Shown here piece by piece: positions 12,470 to 23,625 of a stretch of 64,000 nucleotides of DNA. The notes beneath the pieces were generated by a model, which worked only from the letters and a program-made list of their open reading frames with translations, was not told the DNA's origin and did not search any database. The stretch's first letter is position 1, and the number at the start of each line of letters is the position of its first letter. This DNA is from Mytilus californianus (taxonomy: Eukaryota), in assembly GCF_021869535.1 (NCBI RefSeq), contig NW_026262745.1, positions 47,306,001-47,370,000 on the forward strand, written 5' to 3'. The position numbers and the translations under genes were made by a program.

Positions 12470-14313
12470 TCGAATAAAAAAATATGAAAAGGCCAAACAA
12501 AGTATGAAGTTGAAGATCAGACATCGTTCAGACATAGACCACACATTTCTGCGGATAATCGTGCCATTGGGTTTATTGTCTTTGCATACTATAAGTAAGT
12601 ATTTGTGGCCTATTCGTTCAAAATTTTAGAAAAAAAATTGATAGAGCAAAGGTCAAATTTCCATTGAATTTGTTTTATTCAGTTCAAAATAGCTAAGGAA
12701 TGTTTATGAAACTTGAAAGAAAGGGTAAACATGTATAGTCAATTTCTCCTGAATGTACTTCACTCATTCGGTCAAAATCCAAAGGTTGAAATCTAAATAT
12801 CATCGAGAGACTAAACATTAAACTTAAAATATCTTATCACAACTTTGCATTATCATATTTTTGCTTTAAATATTAGTCAGCGCTCTAATGCTTTGATACA
12901 GTCCAATATTACGAAATGTATTTAATTAAGCAAACTGTGATGGGGAAAAAGTGGACATCACTTCTTATTAACTTATTCATAAAATTAACATTTAAATCTT
13001 ATGTGAAATTATTAAATTCAATTATTTAATGACAAATTGGGTAACGAAATAAATGTCTCAATTTTATTTACATGTTAATAAAAATTACCTTGACGGACAA
13101 ATATTGGAAATCAAATGATTTCGACAAAATAATAATAAGTATAACAATATAACGACATTTTATGACCGATCAGCTTGTCAGTGAAAGTCCAAAAATATCA
13201 AGTTAAAGAAAAATACTCTTTTTAAATAGTTCCAAATGAAGATGCACAATTTATACAAATTAGCGCTATCACAAAACCTTTGCAAAAATCTTTCAAAAAT
13301 GTAGATTTAAGACATTTTCAAGAATTCAAAATTACTGCACATAAAGGTCGCAAGTTAGGAGCCTGTATTTCAGTGGTTAACGTTGTCGTTGGTTCATGTC
13401 TGTCATATTTGTTTTTCGTAAATTGTTTTGTTTTAAATTAGGCCGTTAGTTTTCTGAATTGAATTGTTTCATATTTTTCATGTCGGGGCCTTCTGTAGCC
13501 GACTATACTGTATGGGTTTTTCTCATTGTTGAAGGCTATACGGTTGCCCATAATTGCTAACATTCACTTCATTTGAACTTTAATGGAAAGATGTCTCATT
13601 GGCAATCGTACCACATCTCCGTACTTTTATATTTAACGGTTTTATAATCAACTAATTTAAAATGTCAATAAAACTGAGCAATCAAATGAATCATTGTCAT
13701 TACTTAAACCAAAGGATACAAAAAAAATCACCAATAACAGAGCTTGCAATTTGTTAACAGTCTTTCTCATTTCTTCAGTTAAATGACCTTTGGTAACCTC
13801 TATAATGCATATTTTGCAATTGGTTATCATGCTATTTGGTAAATTGTTGTTGCATAATCATATTAAAATTACACCCTCGATTGCTGTTCATTACGTTAAT
13901 GATACTTTTGTTGTTTTTTTTTTTAATATTAAGACTATTTTTAACTGATAATTTTTACAGTTATGTGTTATTGTATAATTACTTGATATTTGTTCTACAT
14001 ACCCATGAACAGATCCACTCACAACATTTACATATACAACAGCTATTCTTATTATCTAAAATAAGTTAAAATATCAAATGTTAACGTATTATATCTTATA
14101 CATGTATATCATAATTTCATGATCAATTGTGCGTCGGAATGTTGTTGTGAGAGTAGCACACTTTGCATACAAGTATTGCAAATGCAAAAATAGAGACCAC
14201 AGTAAATTAACTATTTGTCTCATTCATGGTTTCTTTGGGTCCTTAAACTCTTCACGTGTGTTGGTACACATACATTCTTGGCTTTTATTTTTATTTATTT
14301 TTTTTGCTTTAAA

Positions 14314-14354
14314 GCGTTCGCATGAAGGTAAATCCAGAAAAGTGCTTCGGACGC
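14314..14354 (+). ncRNA. Degenerate hammerhead remnant (family A)
   Basis: GCGTTCGCATGAAGGTAAATCCAGAAAAGTGCTTCGGACGC: same as the 353-nt repeat HHR except that the CTGATGA core is damaged. Confidence 0.65.
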
Positions 14355-14716
14355 ATACAATTTACAAAATTCTAATATGACGTTCTTCTTTCGCTTTGGA
14401 AACACAGCCATATTCTAATTCCAATTGAACATGGGCTGCACGTTATTGACGCCACAATTGAAATAGCAACGTCAGTTGTATTTTGAAAAACGCCAGAGAT
14501 CAAACTAAACATTTTTGTTCGTTTTGCTTGCTAGATATAGGAAATTAAATAAATCATTCTTAAAGTAAGTTTATATGAATCTGTGTCATTTTTTATCGTG
14601 AAATGGTCGATTTTCTATATCGTTTTTGGCTTCATTAAATGAAAATGGCTGCCTATCGAACGTGTATTATTATAGGTCCGCTTCGAAGTACAAAAATTCT
14701 AATTTCCCTATTAGAA

Positions 14717-14865
14717 TCGAAATAATTCTATCATGCCATGCTCTATGCTCATTTTAACATGATGGCATTATATTTGTCAATATCTTTATACCAAGCGTTA
14801 ATTGACAAATGCTTACCCATGTTAAAATAAGCATAGATCATGGCATGATAGAATTATTTATCGAT
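14717..14865. mobile_element. Palindromic MITE with GAAATAATTC-type termini
   Basis: AATAATTCTATCATGCCATG...CATGGCATGATAGAATTATT inverted arms; termini resemble the element at 25903. Confidence 0.65.
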
Positions 14866-14936
14866 ATCTACATATCTGACATAAATGCATTAAAGAGATA
14901 CAAATGAAATTCAAGGTAAATTTCAGGAATTAAAGG

Positions 14937-15030
14937 AATCACATGAACACCAACAGGGTCGAGACCGGGTGCGTTGACAAGTCAATCACATGAACACCAA
15001 CAGGGTCGAGACCGGGTGCGTTGACAAATC
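14937..15030. repeat. 47-bp tandem duplication
   Basis: AATCACATGAACACCAACAGGGTCGAGACCGGGTGCGTTGACAA at 14937 and 14984. Confidence 0.9.
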
Positions 15031-17537
15031 AAGTCTTTCATGCTATGAATCGATGCATCACCTACCATGACAACATGTCGCTATAGTGAGTATAAGAATG
15101 TTTATATCTTTATTGATCCATTGCTTATAGTTTCCAGTTTGTTCATGCGCCCAAATCCATGTTCTCTTCTCAAGCTTAAAATGTTCGAGTTATTTCTTTT
15201 CATAAATATGTCCCGTTTTCCAAACAATATTTAACCTAGTACAAAGTACTGCACAGTGTAATAGTTTACTTAATGTACTTCTACTACAAGGCCATTCCAA
15301 AATAGGGCACCATTTTCTACATAAGGACATGCCTGTACCAAGTCAGGAATATGAAAGTTGTTTTCCATACGTTTGATGTGTTTGAGCTCTTGATTTTGCC
15401 ATTTGATAAGGGACTTTCCGTTTTCAATTTTCTTTGGAGTTCGGTATTTTTGTTATTTTACTTTTTACGTATGAAGTAAGAAACAAAATTATAAGATTAT
15501 GGAAAAGAAAACATAAAGTGTATTTATTCATGAGACAAAAATCCTATTAGTACTTGACGAAACGCAAAAGCAAAGAAAAATCTTTTTGACATTGTTTATC
15601 ATCACAAAGTCACCGTAAGGCGTTGCTCACACCTCAAAGTCGATGTCACATTGTGCAACAAGTTCACGATAGGACCATGTACTGGTTAGGGACATAATTT
15701 GACGTCGATACGCTTCTTGGGCATTGATAGGGGCAATAGGGGGTAGGATACCAAGGGGACACTCAAAACTCGTAGGCCGAAGACGCATGTCAGGCCTTTT
15801 ATAACTATGCGGTATGGGTATTGGTCATTGTTGAAAGCCATACGGTGACCTATTGTTACTAACTTCTACGTCATTTGATTTCAAATGGAGAGTTGTTTCA
15901 TTGGCAATATTATCATACCACATCTTATTTTTATAACGTAATGGCAACAATCCAAATTGTGCTCGATGGTAGACATGCAGATTTATATACTAGTACTGAA
16001 TTTAGATACTGTTGTATAAATCACTACACACATGGCAACATACATGTGTCCGAAACACTGAAAACTTATACAACAGAGTGATATTTTAAAATGTAATATA
16101 TATACATATATTATCTGGTTATACATTTAAACACCAATGCAATATTTATAGACATGTTTAATACATGTGATTATTTAACAACCTGTGTATGTGGCCGACT
16201 AAAAAAAATCAATTGTCAGGTGACTGGCAAGTACATGTAACACGTACTACTAATCCCTTTTTTTGCTTTTGGTGTAATTGTAAACATCCAAATATGATAA
16301 GTTTTAAACAATGCATTTTTTGTATCGTTATTCATAGTTTATCAAAAAAACGCAATATCATATGAAAATCGTCATACATATAAACATAATTATAGAATAC
16401 ATACAATGCATGATGCTTTTTCATCTACCTAACTGATATCGAATTCATGCCATTCTCATTAGCACCAGAAAAGAGTTTGGTAAATAATTACAGTGTAAAA
16501 TTCATCAAATATAAATTACCTGTCATGATGGTAAGACCTAATTCACTTCCTCATACCTTATACGTAGAAAATGGTTATTTATAGAAAATCGGGTGTACTA
16601 TTTTCGGAAGTCACAACATTTTGTATTATATTTAAAGATTCTCAAGCTATATCATGTATATACAGAAATAAAACTTGTTACATCAGTTTTTGTTTCATAT
16701 TCACCGTATGAAGAACTGCATTAGGCTGATTCAAAGCCGGCGGACAGATATTTGCCTCGAATTTTGTACCATCAAACATGTATCCATTTACAGTAAGATA
16801 CTTGTTTGATAGTAGAAAAAGTGGGACAAGTGTGTGTGGTCAACACTTCATTACAGATAACACGCATTGTAATAACACTTTAATAAAGCCCAATGAGTGG
16901 AACCTAGTCACTGTCTGTGAATGCTAGTTAGACCTTTCTTGTGCCACTGAGATCCCATCGCTTATGCGTTGGCTTACCCCGACATTGTCCGTACGATGGA
17001 CGTGAAGCATGGCTAAACACATAATCTGTCCTCGGTCATTGTTGACCTGAAACGTGTCCATGAAAAAACGGCACACGGGAAATCAAAGCTGTAATTAAGT
17101 CAGTCTACATGGTCTATGAGTTTTAAAGTAAAACATATCTATAAAGGTGAGACAATTTAACAAATTAATATGTTATATAGATATATCTCTATAGAATCTT
17201 TTAATTTCATCGGGGACGTGTATTTTTCATATTGTTTACGTAAACAATATTCAATTTTTGCGCTTAGATGAACAGCGAGACTGACCAATTATTCTATTTA
17301 TAATTTCAAATACTTTGACTAAGATGTTTCAAATATCAAGGACATCCAACAGATTCGTTGTTTTGGAAGAACTTGCACAGACCGACGGACTAAGTTAAGT
17401 TGACACTTCGGTATTCTCGCTCTTCTTTATTCTATCATGATTGAAATAGGTATCATTAATCATACCATTTAATTTACGATGGCCATTTCATCATAAGATA
17501 TAAAATGACAGTATCGTTGACATCTAATTTCGCCAGT

Positions 17538-17584
17538 GCGTCGGGTGCGCTTTTTCTGGACAAGTTAACCTTCATCAGGAACGC
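17538..17584 (-). ncRNA. Degenerate hammerhead remnant (family A variant)
   Basis: Minus strand GCGTTC-CTGATGA-AGG(ttaacttgt)CCA-GAAA-AAGCGCAC-CCGACGC: core retained, cleavage triplet and stem III damaged. Confidence 0.6.
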
Positions 17585-17869
17585 TCAAACTTAAGAATTC
17601 AAGACTTTACAATTTAAACATATCATTTATAACACTTATTCAAGAGATCTGTTACTTCTACTACCAGATTGTCCTGAATATACATGAAATATTTGCAACT
17701 TGACGTAAAGCAAACTCCAATCAATCAAATACCAGATACAATGTGTCGTGATTACTTTGTTGTCAATAAAATACATCATACTTTATTTTCCTTAGTTTGG
17801 ATTATTAAGACGAGAACATGATCATAATGTATTAGGACGAGAACATGGTGAAGAGATATGACTATGAAC

Positions 17870-18133
17870 CCTGCCTTGTACTAGACCGAAACAATGAGTC
17901 AGATTTTTTATGTGCTAGCTATAGTCCACAGGAAGACATGCAACCATACCCGGACATACAAATGTATTTTTCTGACTCCAAGCCGACCAGTCTTTGCTCT
18001 TACTCCTAAATGCCGCGTGCTTAACAGAGAAGCAGCAAATACCAATGTTCAAGTCTTTGGTTTAAACCGGCCGAGGATCGAACCCATGACCGCCTGCACT
18101 CGAAGCGAATACACTACCACTAACCCACCGAGC
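17870..18133 (-). mobile_element. tRNA-derived SINE
   Basis: Minus-strand head with an A-box-like TGGGTTAGTGG and B box GGTTCGATCC (18075-18084). Related degraded copies at ~18740-19170 and ~20320-20450. Confidence 0.7.
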
Positions 18134-20319
18134 TGATTGATTTTAGTTGATGTTGTTTTAGAATAAAGAAAATCGGTCGAAAATATCATTTTTCAGCAAC
18201 CAATTTGTTCTGTTATGTATGAACAAATTGACAAAATATTTATTTCATAGCGATACCATATATAAAAAAAAAGTAACAGATCATGTTTGAGTTTTGGTCC
18301 CGTTGATGGATTTTTGCTGAAGTTGTGCGATTTGGAAATAGAAATTGCTTAAGACATTTGTTTTCGAACTTTTTCCTGTAATGGCGGAATCGATTGATTA
18401 AATATTTGTTCACTGTTCTACATTTTTGTGTACTTGTACCATCCATTAAGTAGTTGAGTTTTATGAGTTTTGTTCCCGTGGAGCATTTTGTGGAAATTGA
18501 ATAACATAACACATAGTTTATTTTTATAAGGATAAAAACTTCGACAAATCAATCTTCTGCCTTGATTTTCCATTTTCCGTTGATATGTATTTCTTTGTTC
18601 TTGTAGCACAGATGACTGGTATTTACCCATATTTACCAGCCCGTACGAACTCGGAAATCTCGATACAAATTAAAATATAATCCGATGCACATGGCTTTCA
18701 ATCAAGTTGTTCAGTTATACATAGCTGCTAATTAGATGATAACGGATTGGTGTTTAACGTCCAGTGACAAACATTACATGAACATAAAATAGACACATGC
18801 TGATGTGAAATGAATATGAAATCTGCTCTGTACTAGACTGACACGCTGAGGCGAGCTTTTTTGATGTGCTAATTCACAGGAAAACTGGCTACAGAAAGGA
18901 ATTTAACCTTAACTAGACATATCATTCTGACTACGAACTGACCAGTCTGTGATCTTATTCCTAAATGCCCCAGCAAGTATACCTGTTTCTAATCTGATTA
19001 AAGTTTAGAGAAATCATCACTCGTTTACTCATATATGTATGTGGATAACGAAATCAGAGATCTATAAAATGTATATTTTAATTAGATTGACCAGTTTTCA
19101 TGTCTTTGGTTTGATTCCGCCGGGGTCAAACCCTCAACCGTCTGCACCCGAGGCAAACACTAAAACACCAATTGAAAGCTGTCGCAATGATATACAGTAA
19201 ATGTGTTTAATATCTTATAAATCTACCATTATCAATGCAATTGTACGTAATATTGTGCTCCTTTGATTATAGTTTGTGACGATTAATTTAATAAATGATA
19301 ATAAATACAAAAGACAGCAATTTTAAATACAATGACATTTTATAACATAAATGAATGCAAGCTGTGTTCAGTTTTGCTCTGTGCATTAAACATTCAAAGA
19401 ATCATCAGCAATGTAAATTTCTCATTCCATTGGTATATCAAGAATAATTAGCAACAACACACACACATCATCAAACTGGTTGATAGGAATTATGCCCTAT
19501 GGATACTACATCAAGTCAATATATGGGAAATACGTGTAAATACATATAAGCGTCTTCTCTTTGTTCGGAAATTAAGGTTGTTTATTTTGTTCTTCTGTGT
19601 TTGGGTATTCTCTGTAATAAATAAGAAAGAAGTGTAAAATATCTACTTACATGAATGTAACCATGGTTTATGTGAAACAAATATCACAACATTAATTGTG
19701 GTAAAAAGTGTAGATATCTCCTACATCTACCTATAGGTAATATTTACAGTAGTGAACATGTTTGCTTCCTTGAAAGAGTAGTTGGTGATTGGGTGTGGAT
19801 AACGATCAAATAATGTGTGTTTTTTTTTATTTCAATTTCCGAATTCGATTTCCTATCTCCATCCTCTTTGTACAACTAGGCTTTTTCAGATAAAAGATTT
19901 TTTTTGCTTTGAAATATCCAGATCACTTTGATATATACCCTTTTGATGTTGTTGCTTACGTTTGCAGCACGTATGTCATTTGAATTGTGATGATTAATTT
20001 TGACGCTGATCACACGTGTCTGTACGACAAACGTATAATGTATGTAACAAAACCCTTGATTTGTCTTTTCTGAATATAGAAAAAGTGATTAATATATTAA
20101 TATATTGTTATTACAGAAACGGAAACCAATTTGTGGCCGTTTAACGAAAGGGATTTTTCAGAATGTCAAATGGCAAAAAGGACGAGAATTAAGTTGTCAT
20201 ATGATATAAATATGAACTGGTCATTGCATAAGACAAACACTATAACCCGACTTTTTACCGAACTAGTTCACAATGTAAGTCAAACAACATGAACTGAAAA
20301 CATTATTCTGACAAAATGT

Positions 20320-20450
20320 ACACCGGCCAGTCTTGGGTCTTACTCATATACATACCTCGTCCATGGAGAAGTTGCGATTACTATTTTTTAAATATTTGGG
20401 TTGACTCGGTCGAGGATCGAACCCGGCGGTCAAGGCGAGCACGCTATCAA
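20320..20450 (-). mobile_element. Truncated copy of the same tRNA-derived SINE
   Basis: GAGGATCGAACCC B-box complement and CCAGTCTT..GTCTTACTC segment shared with 17870-18133. Confidence 0.55.
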
Positions 20451-21367
20451 AAGACAACGGCGGGAGGCGGTAAAGAAACAGTCGGAAAATACTCACGTGT
20501 GCGTATCATGTTGTTGTGGACAGCTGTTGTCTGGAAACGTGTCGTAGTTTCTGAAAATAAATATTTATAAGCTTAAGTAAAACCACACGCAAGAACATGA
20601 CAAATACCACTAATTAGTTAACGTATAATATCATGTACATAAGAAGTATTTTTTTTTTCATTTTAATTAAAAACAAAATGTTTATTTACACCGTTCATCT
20701 ATTAATGCTTGTTTTTGTCATGATGTTTTTTTTTTCTATTAATTAACAACCTTTCACTGACTCTGAATGTTGTGTACAATATAAAAAGCTTTAATGTTGT
20801 ATAATTTACATTGGACTTTATGTAAAATCGAATGGTAGATTGCATGATTGATAACAATTTTATGGAATGGAACATAATCAACAATGGAAGCTGTTGTTTA
20901 GAAGACACCGATCGCATGTTTATTTTTCGATGAGCATTACTTGAAATCCTTATCATTTTTACTTAAAAAATACCCCGATTTTTTTCCAGAATTTTATAGT
21001 TCATTGATATTGTTTTAAAATCTTTGAGAAAAGGCACCTTGAAACCCTTGTCAGAACAGTCTTAGACCTTTTGTATATTTAAAGACTTACTTGTACCCAG
21101 AATTATACCAAACATCTTTGTATATATATACATTGATATTTATGCGTTGTTATCATTTCATATTTGTTTATTTATTTGAAGGAGTAGCAAATCCCTTTGA
21201 CTCCAAATGTTCATTCAAGAGCCTATGATTCAGTGGTTATCTTTGGTGCATGACTGTCTACCTTATATGTGTTTCGTGTGCTGTTTCTTTTTAAATAAAT
21301 CAGGCTGTTGGTTTTCTCGTTTGAATCATTTTACATTTTGCATTTTGTAATGCCAGGAATTTTATTT

Positions 21368-21573
21368 ATAAATAAGAAGATGTGGTATGATTGCCAACGA
21401 GACAACTCTCCACAAGAGACCAAATGACGTAGAAGTAGTCAACTATAGGTCACCGTATGACCTTTAACAATGAGCAAAATTCGTACGGCATAGTAGGCTA
21501 CAAAAGGCTCCGAAATGCAAAATGTAAAACAATTCAAACGAGAAACACAACGGTCTGATTCATGTACAGAAAT
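21368..21573 (+). repeat. Highly abundant dispersed ~200-bp repeat (AAGAAGATGTGGTATGATTGCC family)
   Basis: Related copies seen at ~5886, ~9793, ~13436 (-), ~15789 (-), ~23893 (-), ~32019 (-), ~48917 (-), ~53935 and ~57937. Confidence 0.85.
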
Positions 21574-22419
21574 AATCAGATCGATACAAAGCACAAACAC
21601 AACTAACAAAAAAACACATCAGACACAAAGTATACAAATCTGAGTGTACGCGCAATTACTGATAGCAACTTATAAATTCATACATCTAAGACTAAAATTA
21701 TATCAACCAGTACACTTCCAATTTGAAAACTGGAAAGTGGCGTATCATTTGACACTAGAATCGAAGTCTACTCTTTAACAAATGATCTTGAAAGGGTCCC
21801 TACATTTCGAAGAGCATACTACTCCTTTAACACGAGACAATCAATAACTGACGGGTTGTGTATATGTATTTGATAAATCCCACACAATCGCAAAGGCTTC
21901 ATGTGTGAATTTTGGGATTATAGTTCATACCCTTTTGGTCTAATTTCTATACTCCGGGTAACAATCGCGGAAAATCTTGATTAAATACAATAACTTACGA
22001 CTTCACTGTTTCTTCTTCTTTGAGTTTTTGATATTTACTGAAATCACATAGAAAAGAAAAAATAAGATCCAAATACGTTATTCGATGCCATTTGACCACG
22101 GGAGATTTGATTACATATTTGGAATACCTGCCTTCACATTCAGACTAATGCTTGTACTTAATCTGACTTACACGCTGCCTATAAATACAGTGTTGTTTTG
22201 TTGTTTTTATTTTATTTCTAACAGCTATAACGAAACTGGTAGATACAATTGATAACCTTATGCATTCAATTCCATCAGTTCTGGCAATGTATATATCCAG
22301 TACAATGTATATGAAACGAAAGGAAAAAATTGAAACTGTGCACAACATATGCAAAACGTGTACAGATTGGAAAGGAAACAAATCTTTTACGGAGATTTGT
22401 ATTGATACATGTGTAGTGG

Positions 22420-23464
22420 TTACATTTAATGTGTTGTCATATTTGCAACCATACTTCCACACAATCTTATCAAACAAAAGTTTTTCTATTTAATTAAATT
22501 GTCGTTTGGTAAATCTCCATGCAAATATATTTGCTGCAACGCATTTAAGGCCTTCTCTAATGAAAAAGGTAAATATGCTAGATATACTAACTGGAGGTGT
22601 GCCGAGATGATTGAAGCTGTTAATTTTCTCCTTGATAATATTTGTGATCGTTTCGGCAATAAAGTTTATCGACAGGTTGTATGCATTCCTATGGGCACCA
22701 ATTGCGCCCCTTTAATAGCAGACTTGTTCTTGTACTGTTATGAATCACAGTTTATGACCAAACTTAGCAAAGAAAAATTGCATTTAATTGATAAATTCGA
22801 CAACACTTACCGTTATCTTGATGATATTTTTTCGTTAAATAATCAAGAATTTTCTAAATATACTGCCGAAATTTACCCAAAGGAACTGACTTTGAATAAA
22901 TCAAACATAAACGGTAATAACTGAGCTTTCCTAGATTTAGATATTTCTGTTGTACACGGGAAACTCTACACTAACATTTACGACAAAAGGAACGATTTTT
23001 CGTTCCCTATTGTTAATTTTCCATTTTTGGACGGTGATGTTCCTTTGGCACCATCTTACGGTGTTTATATATCACAACTCGTTCGCTTTGCCCGTGTCTG
23101 CTGTGACGTTTTGGATTTCAATGAACGCAATCTACGTACTACTGGTAAATTATTAAGTCAGGGATTTTGTAAACACAAATTATTTAAACCCTTTACTAAA
23201 TTCTTCTATAGATATAAAGATTTGGTTTAAAAGTTTGGTTGTACCTGTAGAAAACTTATTTAAAACGGGATAGCACATCCAAATTTTTACGGAGATGTTA
23301 TTTACCGAGCCCGGCCATTTAGATACGATACGGGTAAACTTATCGATCCTTTAAATAAACTTATTCTAAAAGGTTACCAATTCAACTCTATAATTAGATC
23401 TTTGAATATTGTCTTTATTGGTATTAATATTGATTTTGTTGTCAGTAAATTAAAATCAAACTAA
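22420..23464 (+). pseudogene. Naiad-type Penelope-like reverse transcriptase, 5'-truncated, with in-frame TGA (candidate Sec) at 22922-22924
   Basis: TILPHNLIKQK; insertion-in-fingers-like ICCNAFKAFSNEK; IPMGTNCAPLIADLFLY; RYLDD; FLDL; YDKRNDF; PSYGVYISQLVRFAR. The ORF ends KLKSN* with no C-terminal GIY-YIG, and two TAA stops show decay. Confidence 0.85.
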
Positions 23465-23548
23465 ACATTATATTTATATACATATGCACATCCATTGCTC
23501 TACAAACTGTCGTTACCTTTATCTTGGCATTGCACACGGTCATGTTTT

Positions 23549-23625
23549 TCTGTGACTGTTAATGACATCTTTACACTAAATCCATTGGATGTTGGATGTG
23601 TACTGATTGAAAATTTAGTCTTAGA
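23549..23625 (+). promoter_or_regulatory. SECIS element (type II) in PLE 3' UTR
   Basis: Helix I TCTGTGACTG/TAGTCTTAGA; ATGA 23562-23565; helix II ATCTTTACAC/GTGTACTGAT; unpaired AA 23578-23579; mini-stem ATCCA/TGGAT; 3' TGAA 23608-23611. Confidence 0.75.

Noticed and set aside
17870-18133. Functional tRNA gene
   Set aside because: It has A and B boxes, but I could not form a complete cloverleaf, and it continues into a repeated SINE body.
22225-22493. Possible host exon after a strong acceptor (ORF 22260-22493)
   Set aside because: Its phase is incompatible with the 20274 donor, its 3' part runs into the RT motif A region (FNVLS..TILPH), and the duplicate has a stop.
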